A stretch of DNA of 64,000 bases, taken from the NCBI GenBank assembly GCA_964556165.1, contig CAZKVH010000002.1:32616-96615 (forward strand), given 5' to 3'. Below are positions 38,029 through 49,175 of this stretch, piece by piece. Every line of letters starts with the position of its first letter. The stretch's first letter is position 1. The position numbers and the translations under genes are program-made. This DNA comes from an uncultured Actinomycetota bacterium (GTDB taxonomy: Bacteria > Actinomycetota > Humimicrobiia > Humimicrobiales > Humimicrobiaceae). The notes under the pieces were generated by a model, which worked only from the letters and a program-made list of their open reading frames with translations, made no database searches and was not told the DNA's origin.

Positions 38029-38624
38029 TAGAAGAAAAGATGAAAAGAAAAGCAAAAATATCAAGAAAAACTAAAGAAACAGATATAGAACTGGAATTTG
38101 AACTTGATGGAAGTGGTATCGCTGATATAAAAACTTCCATACCTTTTTTTGACCATATGCTGGACAGCTTTACAAGACATGGTAATTTCAATATGAATAT
38201 AAAGGCTTCCGGTGACATTGAGGTTGACTGTCACCACCTGGTAGAAGATGTGGGCATATGTCTGGGTAAAGCTATATTTGAATGTTTAAAGGATAAAAGC
38301 GGCATAAAAAGATTTGGATATATCTTACTTCCTATGGATGATGCAGAAGTGTCAGTGTCTATCGATATAGGAGGGAGAGCTTATCTGAGATATAATGTTG
38401 ATATAGAGTATGAAAAGATTAACGGTTTCGAGACCGCTGTAGTTGAAGATTTTTTCAGATCCCTTGTAAGTAATAGTTTTATTAACCTTCATATAAATAA
38501 AAATGCAGGTTCAAACTCCCACCATATTATAGAAGCGATTTTTAAAGCTTTCGGAATAGTTCTTTACGAGGCGAGTAGAAAAAGAGGAACAGATTCCGTA
38601 CCTTCAACTAAAGGTTTAATATAA
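38025..38624 (+). CDS. hisB: Imidazoleglycerol-phosphate dehydratase
   Basis: 199 aa. The motifs RKTKETDIEL and DCHHLVED are typical of IGPD. Confidence 0.85.
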   Translation: MIEEKMKRKAKISRKTKETDIELEFELDGSGIADIKTSIPFFDHMLDSFTRHGNFNMNIKASGDIEVDCHHLVEDVGICLGKAIFECLKDKSGIKRFGYILLPMDDAEVSVSIDIGGRAYLRYNVDIEYEKINGFETAVVEDFFRSLVSNSFINLHINKNAGSNSHHIIEAIFKAFGIVLYEASRKRGTDSVPSTKGLI

Positions 38625-38711
38625 AAACAGGATAATGACCTTGATTTAATGCGCTTATTGAAAATCAATAAAAAATGTTTGCATATCTACAGGTCGGGAA
38701 GAGAGTGAGCT

Positions 38712-39332
38712 TTGCATATAGCCATCATAAATTATTTTACAGGAAATATAAAAAGTGTTGAGAATGCTTTTAAAAAAGCAGGTGCCGCGGTGGAGGTAAC
38801 CAGCAGACCTGAAGATATTATAGATGCGTCAGCTATAGTTCTACCCGGTGTTGGAGCATTTGGAGATGCTTATAGAAATCTCAGTCAATTAAAGCTAATT
38901 GAAGTAATCAAAGAAAATGTAAAGAAAAAACCTCTTTTAGGGATATGTCTCGGAATGCAGTTACTTTTTGAATATAGTCTTGAAGATGGCAGGCATAATG
39001 GCCTGGGTTTATTGAAAGGCCACGTGGGGAAAATTCCTTCAGGTGTAAAGGTGCCACATACTGGATGGAACCAATTAAGAATTTTAAAAGACGATAATAA
39101 ATTGTTTTCTGGAATTAAAGAGGAAGAAAATTTTTATTTTGTTCATTCTTACTATGTTATACCTGAAGATAAGAGTATTATTACCTGTACTACTGATTAT
39201 GATATTCAGTTAACGGCAGGTGTAAAATACGGTAATATCTATGGGTTACAATTCCACCCGGAAAAAAGCAGTAACAGTGGATTAAGAATCCTTGAAAATT
39301 TCTGGAATATGTTACGGGAAAAAAATCAGTAG
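38712..39332 (+). CDS. hisH: Imidazole glycerol phosphate synthase glutaminase subunit
   Basis: 206 aa class-I GATase (LGICLGMQLL catalytic Cys, HPEKS His). It probably starts at TTG 38712, with a GGGAAGAGAG RBS. Confidence 0.8.
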   Translation: MHIAIINYFTGNIKSVENAFKKAGAAVEVTSRPEDIIDASAIVLPGVGAFGDAYRNLSQLKLIEVIKENVKKKPLLGICLGMQLLFEYSLEDGRHNGLGLLKGHVGKIPSGVKVPHTGWNQLRILKDDNKLFSGIKEEENFYFVHSYYVIPEDKSIITCTTDYDIQLTAGVKYGNIYGLQFHPEKSSNSGLRILENFWNMLREKNQ

Positions 39333-39412
39333 AGTTGCATAACTATATTGTTTTTGTAGAATTAATTTATAAACTATAAATTAAATTAATATAAAAAAGT
39401 AAGGGTAAGCCA

Positions 39413-40156
39413 ATGATAGTAATACCGGCAATAGATATAATAGATGGCGCCTGCGTGAGGCTTGTAAGAGGCAGATTTGATACCAGAAAGAAATATTCGG
39501 ATGACCCGGTCGAGGTAGCCAGGAGATGGAAAGAAGATGGGGCGACCTGGTTGCATATAGTAGACCTTGATGGGGCCCGTACAGGAGAATTGAAAAATCT
39601 GGGAATTGTACATGAAATAAAAAAGAAAATAGATATTAAGATACAATATGGCGGTGGTGTGCGTAATATGGGCCTGGTTGGCACTGTTTTAAATAAAGGT
39701 GCAGACAGGGTTATAATCGGAACAAGAGCTATAGAAGATATAAGCTTTCTGAGAGAAAGTTTTCTAAAATATAAGGATAGAGTCATTGTTAGTCTTGATT
39801 ATGGAAAAGATGGAATTATTTTTATAAATGGCTGGCAAAGTCAATCTAAAGCAAATATATTCAAGATTATAGAAAGGCTCGATGCCCTGGGGATGAAACA
39901 GGCAATTCTGACTGATATATCGAGAGATGGAACTCTTGAAGGAGCCAATCTCGATTTTCTAAAGAGAATTTTAGAAAGTTCAGGTTTGGAATTTATATTT
40001 GCCGGTGGTATAGGAAGCTTAAATGATATTATTAATATTAAAGAAATTGAAAATATGGGAATTATCGGTGTAATAGTAGGCAAAGCTCTGTATGAAAAAG
40101 AAACCGGCGTCAATCTTAAAAAGGCAATAAAGATAGGTAGGGGAAATGATAACTAA
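39413..40156 (+). CDS. hisA: ProFAR isomerase
   Basis: 247 aa TIM barrel with N-terminus [20 protein letters not shown]. Confidence 0.85.
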   Translation: MIVIPAIDIIDGACVRLVRGRFDTRKKYSDDPVEVARRWKEDGATWLHIVDLDGARTGELKNLGIVHEIKKKIDIKIQYGGGVRNMGLVGTVLNKGADRVIIGTRAIEDISFLRESFLKYKDRVIVSLDYGKDGIIFINGWQSQSKANIFKIIERLDALGMKQAILTDISRDGTLEGANLDFLKRILESSGLEFIFAGGIGSLNDIINIKEIENMGIIGVIVGKALYEKETGVNLKKAIKIGRGNDN

Positions 40157-40904
40157 AAGAATTATCCCGTGTCTTGATGTTGACAGGGGAAGAGTCGTAA
40201 AAGGAGTACATTTTGTAAATATAAGAGATGCAGGGGACCCTGTAGAGCTGGCAGCTTTTTATGATAAAGAAGGAGCTGACGAGATAGTATTTCTTGATAT
40301 AACTGCATCTCATGAGAATAGAAGTACAGTTATTGAACTTGCAAGCAAAGCTGCGGAGAAAGTATTTGTACCATATACTATAGGCGGTGGTATAAGAAGT
40401 ATAGAGCATATAAGGGAAATATTAAAGAAAGGCGCGGATAAGATTTCCATAAATACTGCTGCATTTAATAACCCTTCTTTAATTTCAGAGGCTTCAAAGA
40501 TATTTGGCAGCCAGTGTATAGTTGTTGCAATTGACGCAAAATATAGAAGCAAGGACTTCTGGGAAGTATATTTAAATGGAGGAAGGACTCCTGCAGGAGT
40601 GGATGCTGTAGAGTGGGCAAAAAAGGTGGAAGAGCTAGGCGCAGGAGAAATACTGTTGACCAGTATGGACAGGGATGGAACAAAGGACGGATACGATATT
40701 GACCTTACGCGTGCTGTTACTTCAGGTGTTAATATACCGGTCATAGCTTCGGGTGGTGCCGGGAAACTGGAGCACCTGAGAGATGTAATTAAATATGCAG
40801 ATGCCGATGCGGTGCTGGTTGCTTCCATTTTTCACTATGGCCAGCATAGCATAAAAGAAGCCAAACAGTATCTGAAGTCCGAGGGAATAAATGTTAGAAT
40901 ATAA
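40146..40904 (+). CDS. hisF: Imidazole glycerol phosphate synthase cyclase subunit
   Basis: 252 aa with N-terminus [19 protein letters not shown]. It overlaps the hisA stop. Confidence 0.85.
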   Translation: MITKRIIPCLDVDRGRVVKGVHFVNIRDAGDPVELAAFYDKEGADEIVFLDITASHENRSTVIELASKAAEKVFVPYTIGGGIRSIEHIREILKKGADKISINTAAFNNPSLISEASKIFGSQCIVVAIDAKYRSKDFWEVYLNGGRTPAGVDAVEWAKKVEELGAGEILLTSMDRDGTKDGYDIDLTRAVTSGVNIPVIASGGAGKLEHLRDVIKYADADAVLVASIFHYGQHSIKEAKQYLKSEGINVRI

Positions 40905-40996
40905 CCTGAAATTAAAAAATTAATAAGTTGAATGAGAAATTAATTTAGCAGAATATCTAAACTCATAACAGACTGAAAGGTTGGTATATTACAAAA

Positions 40997-41656
40997 ATGA
41001 ATAAGAAAATAAAAGACGCTAAAGTAAATAAAGTCGGTCTGATTCCTGCAGTTATACAGGATTATATATCAGGTGATGTTCTAATGCTTGCTTATATGAG
41101 CAAGGAGTCTATAAAGAAAAGCATTGAAACAGGAACAACCTGGTTCTGGAGCAGGTCAAGGAAGAAGCTGTGGAACAAGGGTGAGACATCCGGGAACATA
41201 CAGAAGATAAAAAATATCAGGTATGACTGTTATGGGAACGCATTGCTTATAAGTGTCGAGCAGATTGGCAATGCCTGTCATACTGGCAATAGAAGCTGTT
41301 TCTATAGAAATCTTAAAGATGTTGAAAAAGACCTTGATTTCGAGAGATATTTTAAGGAAGTAAAAGAAGAGAGCATGCTGGATGAATTATACCATATAGT
41401 CAATGAAAGGATAAAAGACAAAGCAGCTGATTCTTACACTTATTATCTGCATAAAAAGGGTCTGGATGAGATAATAAAAAAATTTGGTGAGGAGAGCATC
41501 GAAGTGATTCTATCAGCAAAACATCAGAAAAAAAAAGATTCGATAAATGAAATAGCTGATATGCTCTATCATATGATTGTACTGATGGTTGAAAAGAAGA
41601 TTACTCTTGAAGAGGTTTTTGGGGAATTAAAAAAAAGGAGACAGGAGAAAGGGTAA
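40997..41656 (+). CDS. hisI: Bifunctional phosphoribosyl-AMP cyclohydrolase / phosphoribosyl-ATP pyrophosphatase
   Basis: 219 aa. The N-terminal HisI domain carries a Cys motif ([10 protein letters not shown]), and a C-terminal HisE-like helical domain follows. Confidence 0.8.
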   Translation: MNKKIKDAKVNKVGLIPAVIQDYISGDVLMLAYMSKESIKKSIETGTTWFWSRSRKKLWNKGETSGNIQKIKNIRYDCYGNALLISVEQIGNACHTGNRSCFYRNLKDVEKDLDFERYFKEVKEESMLDELYHIVNERIKDKAADSYTYYLHKKGLDEIIKKFGEESIEVILSAKHQKKKDSINEIADMLYHMIVLMVEKKITLEEVFGELKKRRQEKG

Positions 41657-41658
41657 TT

Positions 41659-42627
41659 GTGGTGAATAAAAAGAGAAGAATTGCACTGATTACAAGTGGT
41701 GGAGATGCCAGTGGCATGAATGCAACCATAAGGGCAATTACCAGGTATGGAGTATATCGTGGTCTGGAGGTTTATGGATTTTATGAAGGATATAAGGGAC
41801 TGATAAATAATGACTTTAAAGTTCTTGACCTGAATTCGGTTGGGGGAATTATTGATAGAGGAGGAACCTTTCTTTATTCAGCGAGGTCAGAAGAATTTAT
41901 GTTTAAGAGAGGGCAGAAAAAGGCGATTGCTAATTTAAATGAAAATGATATTGAAGGTCTTATTGTGATTGGAGGAGATGGTACCTTTAAAGGTGCGCAC
42001 GAACTCCATGAACAGGGTATACAGGTTGTTGGAATTCCTGGTACTATAGATAATGATATTGCAGGAACGGATTATAGTATAGGGTTTGATACGGCTCTAA
42101 ATGTTATTATTGACCTTATATCTAAAATCAGAGACACAGCTTCTTCTCATGAAAGGATTTTTGTGATAGAAGTTATGGGCAGGAATTCAGGTATTATTGC
42201 AGTTAATACAGGGATCGCATGCGGGGCAGACTTTATATTGATACCCGAAATAAAAATGGACCTGGCTAAAATCGCAAAAAAAATAGGAAATCAGAGAGAA
42301 GGAAAGAGACATACCCTGATAATAGTAGCGGAGGGAGCAAAAAGTGCAGCCGAGGTCGCTTCATCAATTAAATCGCTGGTTGGACGTGACGTAAGAGTAT
42401 CTGTTCTCGGACATGTACAGAGGGGCGGTTCTCCATCTGCCATGGATAGAATTCTTGCGGCAGAGTTTGGCAAAAAAGCTGTGGATTTATTGCTTGAAGG
42501 TAAGAGTGATTGTATGGTTGGCATAAGGAGTATGAAGATAGTAGTATCCAGGTTTGAAGATATTCTTGGGGTGACAAAGAGTATAGATAAAGAGCTTTAC
42601 AGGCTTTCCCATATCCTATCATTGTGA
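41659..42627 (+). CDS. pfkA: ATP-dependent 6-phosphofructokinase
   Basis: 322 aa. Motifs are ITSGGDASGMNA, IGGDGT and MGR. Confidence 0.85.
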   Translation: MVNKKRRIALITSGGDASGMNATIRAITRYGVYRGLEVYGFYEGYKGLINNDFKVLDLNSVGGIIDRGGTFLYSARSEEFMFKRGQKKAIANLNENDIEGLIVIGGDGTFKGAHELHEQGIQVVGIPGTIDNDIAGTDYSIGFDTALNVIIDLISKIRDTASSHERIFVIEVMGRNSGIIAVNTGIACGADFILIPEIKMDLAKIAKKIGNQREGKRHTLIIVAEGAKSAAEVASSIKSLVGRDVRVSVLGHVQRGGSPSAMDRILAAEFGKKAVDLLLEGKSDCMVGIRSMKIVVSRFEDILGVTKSIDKELYRLSHILSL

Positions 42628-42628
42628 G

Positions 42629-42717
42629 TGGTGCCGAAGGTCGGGGTCGAACCGACACGAACCTCGCGGTTCACTGGATTTTGAGTCCAGCGCGTCTGCC
42701 AATTCCGCCACTCCGGC
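42629..42717 (-). tRNA. tRNA-Leu (anticodon CAA), type-2 tRNA with a long variable arm
   Basis: On the minus strand the acceptor is GCCGGAG/CTTCGGC, and the D-arm matches the tRNA-Leu consensus TGGCGGAATTGGCAGACGC. The anticodon stem is CTGGA/TCCAG with loop CTCAAAA. The variable arm is GAACC-GCGA-GGTTC, the T-arm GTCGG-TTCGACC-CCGAC, followed by the discriminator and CCA. Confidence 0.9.
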
Positions 42718-43106
42718 ACGTAAAAAATAATACAATTTATAATGATTATTATCAATAATTAAAGTGGTTAGTTTGTATTTATATTAATTAAACCAATAAA
42801 TAATTTTCACGTATTATTTATGATATGTAGATAATAAAAGTCTGGAAATAATAGGTTTTTGTATAGATATTGACAATTTTTTACTTATTTATTAAAGTAT
42901 TTAACACATAAGCGTCATTAAGTTTTTAGGAAATTTGATGGCGCTTTTTATTTGTAGATTTTTTTGTTTTTTTACCGGGAATAATTCAAATAAATATATT
43001 TATAACTTTATTAATACTTTTTTGTATGTTATATTTACAATAAATAAATTTAAAATGATTATGTCTTTTACCGGGAATCGATATCTGATGTAATTTATTA
43101 ACTAGT

Positions 43107-44649
43107 ATGAACATATTTGTATATATTGCTATCTTGGCTTCTACACTCTCAATCACTTTCATTATTATCAGCCTTTATCAGAAACCGTTCATGGAAGCAA
43201 CAGGTCCATTTATTATTTTATCTGGTCTGGTATTATTAAATTCTATATTTTTTATTGCCACGCTTACAAGAAGCAGTATGCAGGCAGCTCTAAGATGGGC
43301 ATATTTCCAGGAGCTAACAACACTTATATTTCCGCTGTTGTTTTTTAACTTTATGAATTTTTTTTTAGGCAACAGGCTATCAAAAACAAGGCTAATATAT
43401 AAGCTTATATTTCTAATAATTCCACTTGGTATTTTCATATACCTTGTTGCAAACAGGAGTATCGAAGTCAGGAAATATTATTTTGGGTATATTTCTTATT
43501 ATTCCGAGCAGGTTTTGATAGGGGTCTTTTATCTTGTCCCAATTTATTTATTAATAAATACTGCTATTTCTTACAGGATCTATAGAAATCAAAGGGAAAA
43601 GAAGTCCAATGGAACCAATATTTTAATGTTAGCTGTATTCCTGGTATTTTTATTGATGAATGTTGCATACAGGCCTCTTACAATGTCAGGTGTTATGGAA
43701 GTGGCTCCTATAAGTGTTATTTTAAATCTTTTTTTATTCTTATTTATAACTATTGCATTGCTAAATTCCAGGTTTAATATTCAGAATTTAGCATTTAAGA
43801 GAATATTTGAAAATGTTGGCGATTGTATAATGGTTACAGATTATGAGGGTAAAATAACACAGCTTAACAGGTGTTTATTTGAGAGAATGTTTTCCAGAAA
43901 AGATATTATATATTCCGTTGACAGGGATAAAATCATAAAAGAACACCTTTTATCTTTTTCAAGGAATAAGAAGGATTTTAAATTTTTTCTGAAAACCCTC
44001 GAGAGCAAATCTTTTAATGATTTCAGGAAAGATTTACATTTTGAGGTAGACGGCTCTGAGAAAATCTTTGATGTAATCATATATCCTATTTATGACAGCA
44101 GGGGTAAATTGGCTGGGAAGTCAACTATATTTAGAGATGTTACTGAAAGCAGATTTTACGAGAAAGAGCTTAGAAATCAATCATTGATTGATTATCTTAC
44201 AGGAGCTTACAACACGAGATATATTTTTGAGAGACTTAAAGAGGAAATAAAAAGATACGATAGATATAAAGAACCATTTTGTGCTGCTTACGGATATAGA
44301 TAATTTTAAAAAATATAATGACACTTTGGGTCATCTCGAGGGAGACAAGTTATTGAAGGATGTTGTTGGTCTGTTTAAAGATAATATAAGAGAGCGCATA
44401 GATGTAGTCGGCAGATACGGCGGAGATGAGTTTATAATTATATTATCAAGAATAAAGCTTGATAAAGCAAAGGATATGGGTGAAAGAATATTAAGTATGT
44501 TAAGTAAAAAAGAAATTAAGATTATTTCTCTTAGTATGGGTATTTATGAATACAATGGAGAATCTGACATAGATGAATTATTAAAAAAGGCTGACAGCCT
44601 GATGTACAAAGCTAAGAAGTCAGGGGGTAACAGGCTCGCCTGCAGTTAA
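43107..44649 (+). pseudogene. Membrane sensor (multi-TM N-terminal domain, PAS and GGDEF) diguanylate cyclase gene interrupted by a +1 frameshift in a T4 run at 44277-44280
   Basis: ORF 43107-44303 ends ...RYKEPFCAAYGYR*. ORF 44281-44649 continues (V)LLTDIDNFKKYNDTLGHLEGD...GRYGGDEFIIIL. Deleting one T restores EPF-VLLTDIDNFK, which matches the GGDEF-domain consensus exactly. This is either a true pseudogene or an indel error in the sequence. Confidence 0.6.
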
Positions 44650-44755
44650 GTCAGGGTTTTATTTTAAACCTTTATTTATTGAATAATCCATTACAAGACT
44701 CCCATTTTTATAATATAATTATAATAATTTTTTAAAGCTTAAACTTTAATTAGTT

Positions 44756-47530
44756 GTGGAAAAAAAAAGAAATAAAAAAATAATTTTAATAGATGGAAAT
44801 AATATTGCATACAGGGCTTTTTATGCGCTTCCCGATACTATTTCTACATCATCAGGAGTTACGACAAATGCTGTTCTGGGTTTTACAAGTATGCTTTTGA
44901 AACTTATAAATGAACAGGAACCTGATAGCATAGTGTGTACTTTTGATAGCAAAACGCCGACTTTCCGGCATAAGATGTTTGACCGGTATAAAATACAGAG
45001 AAAAAAAATGCCGGTGGAGCTGGGAAACCAGCTAAATTTAATTAAAGAAGTTCTTGGTGCTTTTAATATTGCATGTCTGGAAAAAGAAGGATATGAAGCC
45101 GATGACATACTTGCAAATATCACGAGAAAAATTAAAGATGAGTTTGAACAGATAGTAATAGTTACAGGTGATAAGGATATGTTACAGCTTGTTTCTGATA
45201 ACATAAAAGTTATGTCTTTAAAAAAGGGTATTACAGACACAGTGTTGTTTGATAGCCAGGGAGTTGAAGAAAAGTTTGGTGTCAAACCGCAGAATATAAA
45301 GGATTTACTGGCTCTTATGGGTGATAGCTCGGACAATATCCCGGGAGTTCCGGGAATAGGTCCAAAGACGGCAAGATTGTTAATATCTAAATATGGGTCT
45401 TTAGAAGGAATTTATAAAAATTTAGATAAGCTGGATGATGACCGCCTGAGAAATATGTTACTGGAAAACAAGAACCTTGCCAGTTTGAGCGGGGAACTTA
45501 CTACATTAAGAATGGTAGAAGATATAGATATTAAAACTGAAATAAGAAATAGTTTTAAAAATGTTAGCATAAACAGGGTGAGGCGATTATTTGAAAGTCT
45601 CGAGTTCAGGAATCTTGAAAAGAAACTTTATAACATGAAAAATAAAATTGATTTCGACGAGGAAAAATCTGAATCGAAAGAGATAGTTAAAAGCATTAAA
45701 TTAAAGCGTATAGTGTCTATAGAGGATTTAAAATACTTAAATAAAAATATAGAAAAAAATAAAAAAATATATATTGCTGAGTGCATTCATGGAGATGATA
45801 AAGGCGAGTTTTTAGGGTTTATCTTATATGATGGCGACGAATATGCCATTTTTGCAGCAAAAGATGAGCTGGCTTTAAAAGATATTAGAGAAGAATTAAA
45901 AAAGATACTTGAAAATAAGAAATGTAAAATATCAGGTTTCGACCTTAAAGAGATTTATAAGATATTAAAAAGGAATGGCATTGTTTTAAAAGGTGAATTT
46001 ATTGATTATAAAATATTATATTTGATTTTAAATCCAAATAAGTCCACCGCAAGTCTCGATGAGACGATTTATGACCTTCTAAAAATCGAGTTTAGAAGCA
46101 CAAACGAATTAGGCGGAACTGAAGATGATGATAAAGAAAAAATTGCCGGCAGTCTGGAGAAAATCACAAATAAAAAACAACTGGAACTTGACTTCTCCAG
46201 AAAAAAAGAGGAAATAATCGGGCAAAATTATCAGTTGGACCGACTGTTGAAAAAAATAAGCTGGTATAAGGATATAGAAAATGAATTACTGGAAAGAATT
46301 AAAAATGAGGGTGTCGAAAAATTATACAGGGATATTGAAGAACCGCTTATAAAAGTACTGGCAGAAATTGAATACACAGGTGTTAATATCGATAGAGAGT
46401 ATCTAAACGGTTTGATTGAGGAATATGAGATTAATATAAAAAAACTGCAGCAGGAAATATATGATTTCTGTAATGAAGAATTTAATATAAATTCTTCCCG
46501 GCAACTGTCGGAGATACTTTATAAGAAGCTCGGTCTTCCGTCTGTAAAGAAAACAAAAACAGGACTATCAACTGATGCAGGAGCTCTCAGGTCAATTTAT
46601 GACAGTTCTCCTTTAATAGGAAAAATCCTTGACTACAGAGAAAAAACAAAGCTTAAAAATACTTATATAGATGTTTTACCGGGACTGATTGATGCAGAAG
46701 ACTCAAGAATTCATACTACCTATAACCAGCTCGGGACATCGACAGGCAGGATAAGCAGCAGCGAACCAAATCTTCAGAATATACCGGTGAGAACGGAATA
46801 CGGAAAGCAGATAAGGAAAGCTTTTATTCCGGGTGTGGGGTATGACCTGCTAATGTCTTCAGACTACTCACAGATTGAGTTAAGAGTCCTGGCCCACCTT
46901 TCTGAAGACGAGAATTTAACGGGTACTTTTGAAAGAAATGAAGACATACATACCAGAACAGCTTCCGAGCTTTTCGATGTGGAATATGATAATGTTGACG
47001 AATCCTTAAGAAGGAAAGCAAAGACTATAAATTTTGGAATAATATACGGTATGACTGAATACGGACTGGCAGATAGGCTTTCCATATCTGAGGATGAGGC
47101 AAGAGAATATATCGAAAGATATTTTGAACAGTACATGGGTGTGAAAAAATATCTTAAATTTTTGATAGATGATGCTTATAAAAAAGGTTACTCAACAACA
47201 ATTTTTGGCAGGCGGAGATATCTGAAGGAATTGGGGAGCAGCAATAATAGAATAAGAAATCTTGGCGAAAGATTTGCAGTAAATACACCAATTCAGGGTA
47301 GTGCTGCTGACATAATGAAGCTTTCCACTGTAGTGCTTTTTAATAAATTGAAATCCGGGAAAATAGATAGTAATATTATTCTTCATGTACATGATGAGCT
47401 GGTTCTTGAGCTGAAGGAAAAAGATAAGGAAGTCGTAAAAAAGATGGTTGTAGAGTCAATGGAGAGGTGCATAAATTTAAAAGTAAAACTTAAAGTAGAC
47501 ATAAAGACTGGAAAGAACTGGTATATTTAA
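44756..47530 (+). CDS. polA: DNA polymerase I
   Basis: 924 aa. The N-terminal 5'-3' exonuclease/FEN domain reads LIDGNNIAYRAFYAL. The central 3'-5'-exo-like domain lacks the DTET-type catalytic motif. C-terminal family-A polymerase motifs are DYSQIELR (motif A), RRKAKTINFGIIYG (motif B) and HVHDEL (motif C). It probably starts at GTG. Confidence 0.85.
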   Translation: MEKKRNKKIILIDGNNIAYRAFYALPDTISTSSGVTTNAVLGFTSMLLKLINEQEPDSIVCTFDSKTPTFRHKMFDRYKIQRKKMPVELGNQLNLIKEVLGAFNIACLEKEGYEADDILANITRKIKDEFEQIVIVTGDKDMLQLVSDNIKVMSLKKGITDTVLFDSQGVEEKFGVKPQNIKDLLALMGDSSDNIPGVPGIGPKTARLLISKYGSLEGIYKNLDKLDDDRLRNMLLENKNLASLSGELTTLRMVEDIDIKTEIRNSFKNVSINRVRRLFESLEFRNLEKKLYNMKNKIDFDEEKSESKEIVKSIKLKRIVSIEDLKYLNKNIEKNKKIYIAECIHGDDKGEFLGFILYDGDEYAIFAAKDELALKDIREELKKILENKKCKISGFDLKEIYKILKRNGIVLKGEFIDYKILYLILNPNKSTASLDETIYDLLKIEFRSTNELGGTEDDDKEKIAGSLEKITNKKQLELDFSRKKEEIIGQNYQLDRLLKKISWYKDIENELLERIKNEGVEKLYRDIEEPLIKVLAEIEYTGVNIDREYLNGLIEEYEINIKKLQQEIYDFCNEEFNINSSRQLSEILYKKLGLPSVKKTKTGLSTDAGALRSIYDSSPLIGKILDYREKTKLKNTYIDVLPGLIDAEDSRIHTTYNQLGTSTGRISSSEPNLQNIPVRTEYGKQIRKAFIPGVGYDLLMSSDYSQIELRVLAHLSEDENLTGTFERNEDIHTRTASELFDVEYDNVDESLRRKAKTINFGIIYGMTEYGLADRLSISEDEAREYIERYFEQYMGVKKYLKFLIDDAYKKGYSTTIFGRRRYLKELGSSNNRIRNLGERFAVNTPIQGSAADIMKLSTVVLFNKLKSGKIDSNIILHVHDELVLELKEKDKEVVKKMVVESMERCINLKVKLKVDIKTGKNWYI

Positions 47531-47613
47531 AAAAATAACTTATGATATTGATTATTCTTTTTTTGCGTGTTATCCTGTTCAAATATCAAAAAAGGAGACT
47601 GATTTATTAAAAA

Positions 47614-48951
47614 ATGACAGAGAAAAATTATAATAAAAAACTAACAAATGACAATTACATGATAGAGGATAAAGACGGCAGGATGGTTCCCAATTACGAC
47701 CTGACCATGATTAATCTTAATGATGGGGATTTAATAAAAGGAAGGGTAGTAAAGATTGGCAAAGACGAGGTTCTGGTAGATGTAGGCTTTAAGTCAGAAG
47801 GGGTAATACCTTTAAGCGAGCTTTCGATAAGGAATGATATAAAACCTGAAGACATATTAAATGTTGATGATGAGATAGAAATAATGGTACTGCAGAAAGA
47901 AGACCAGGATGGGCGGTTGATATTATCGAAAAAGAGAGCCGAAGTGGAGCAGAATTTTGACAGAATAGAAAAAATATATGAAAGCGGAGATATAGTTGAA
48001 GGAGAAATTATAGAATGCGTAAAAGGCGGGTTAATTGTTGATATAGGATTAAGAGGATTTCTTCCAGCATCATTAATAGATGTTAGAAAAACCAGGGACC
48101 TCCAGTCTTACATTGGAGAAAAGTGTAAATGCAAGATTATAGAAGTAGACAGAAACAGGAATAATGTCGTACTGTCGAGGAAGGTAATTATAGAAGGTGA
48201 GAAAAAAGAGCAGCGCAAGGAGATACTTGATAAAATGGAAATAGGCCAGGTTCGAAAGGGCATAATAACCAGCATCGCAGATTTCGGGGCTTTTGTTGAT
48301 GTAGATGGTATCGATGGCCTGGTTCATATTTCAGAGCTTTCCTGGAATCATGTAAAGCATCCTTCGGAAGTAGTAAGTGTAAATCAGGAGGTGGATGTAG
48401 AGATACTTGATATTGATTATGAGAAACAGAGGCTGTCTCTTGGATTAAAACAAACCCAGAAGGATCCGTGGCTGGAGAAAGTTAAAAAATATTCTGTTAA
48501 GGAAATATTAAAAGGAAAAGTTACGAGAATTGTTAAGTTCGGTTTATTCGTTCAGATTGATGAAGACCTGGAAGGGTTGGTGCATATATCTGAATTAAGT
48601 CCGGAAGCTGTAAGGCGACCAAGTGATATAGCAAAGATTGGAGATGAACTTACAGTTAGAATTATAGATATAGATATGGATAAGAGAAGGATGGCTTTTA
48701 GTGTAAAACAGGTAGAAAATCCAGATGAAGATGCCGGTGAAAAGAAGGCAGAAGAAAAGTCCGAAAAGGAAGATGTGGTAGAAGAAAAAACCGGTGAAGA
48801 AGATATGAAGGAAGAAGATTCCAAAAAGACAGCTGAACTAAAAGATATATTTGAAGAGGGAAAAGCAAAAATTAATGAGGAAGAATCAAGTAAAAAGAAG
48901 CAGATAAAAGAAATATTGAAGGAGATGAAGGACGAGGCTAATATAGATTAA
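47614..48951 (+). CDS. rpsA: 30S ribosomal protein S1 (four S1 domains plus an acidic Glu/Lys-rich C-terminal tail)
   Basis: 445 aa with repeated S1 OB-fold modules (GRVVKIGKDEVLVDVG ..., GEIIECVKGGLIVDIG ..., GIITSIADFGAFVDVDG ..., GKVTRIVKFGLFVQI ...). Confidence 0.8.
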   Translation: MTEKNYNKKLTNDNYMIEDKDGRMVPNYDLTMINLNDGDLIKGRVVKIGKDEVLVDVGFKSEGVIPLSELSIRNDIKPEDILNVDDEIEIMVLQKEDQDGRLILSKKRAEVEQNFDRIEKIYESGDIVEGEIIECVKGGLIVDIGLRGFLPASLIDVRKTRDLQSYIGEKCKCKIIEVDRNRNNVVLSRKVIIEGEKKEQRKEILDKMEIGQVRKGIITSIADFGAFVDVDGIDGLVHISELSWNHVKHPSEVVSVNQEVDVEILDIDYEKQRLSLGLKQTQKDPWLEKVKKYSVKEILKGKVTRIVKFGLFVQIDEDLEGLVHISELSPEAVRRPSDIAKIGDELTVRIIDIDMDKRRMAFSVKQVENPDEDAGEKKAEEKSEKEDVVEEKTGEEDMKEEDSKKTAELKDIFEEGKAKINEEESSKKKQIKEILKEMKDEANID

Positions 48952-49175
48952 ATAAGAAAAACAACAGATAGCAGCGTTCACGAAAACAGTATTATAATAC
49001 AGTAAGTGATGTTTATATATATTCTCAGGCAAATATAGTAAAACCACTGAAAAACTACAAAAATACTTCAGGAATAATCATTTCTATTGATGTATAAATT
49101 GTTATTAATGATAATATAGTTATTGATATTAACGGATTTCTAAAGTCAAATTAAATAGTTGAATATTCTTATTAA

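Noticed and set aside
44650-44755. AAGCTTAAACT word shared between the 13402-13440 palindrome and the region upstream of polA (about 44735).
   Set aside because: It is an 11-nt AT-rich match only, with no flanking similarity. This is most likely coincidence in about 30% GC DNA.
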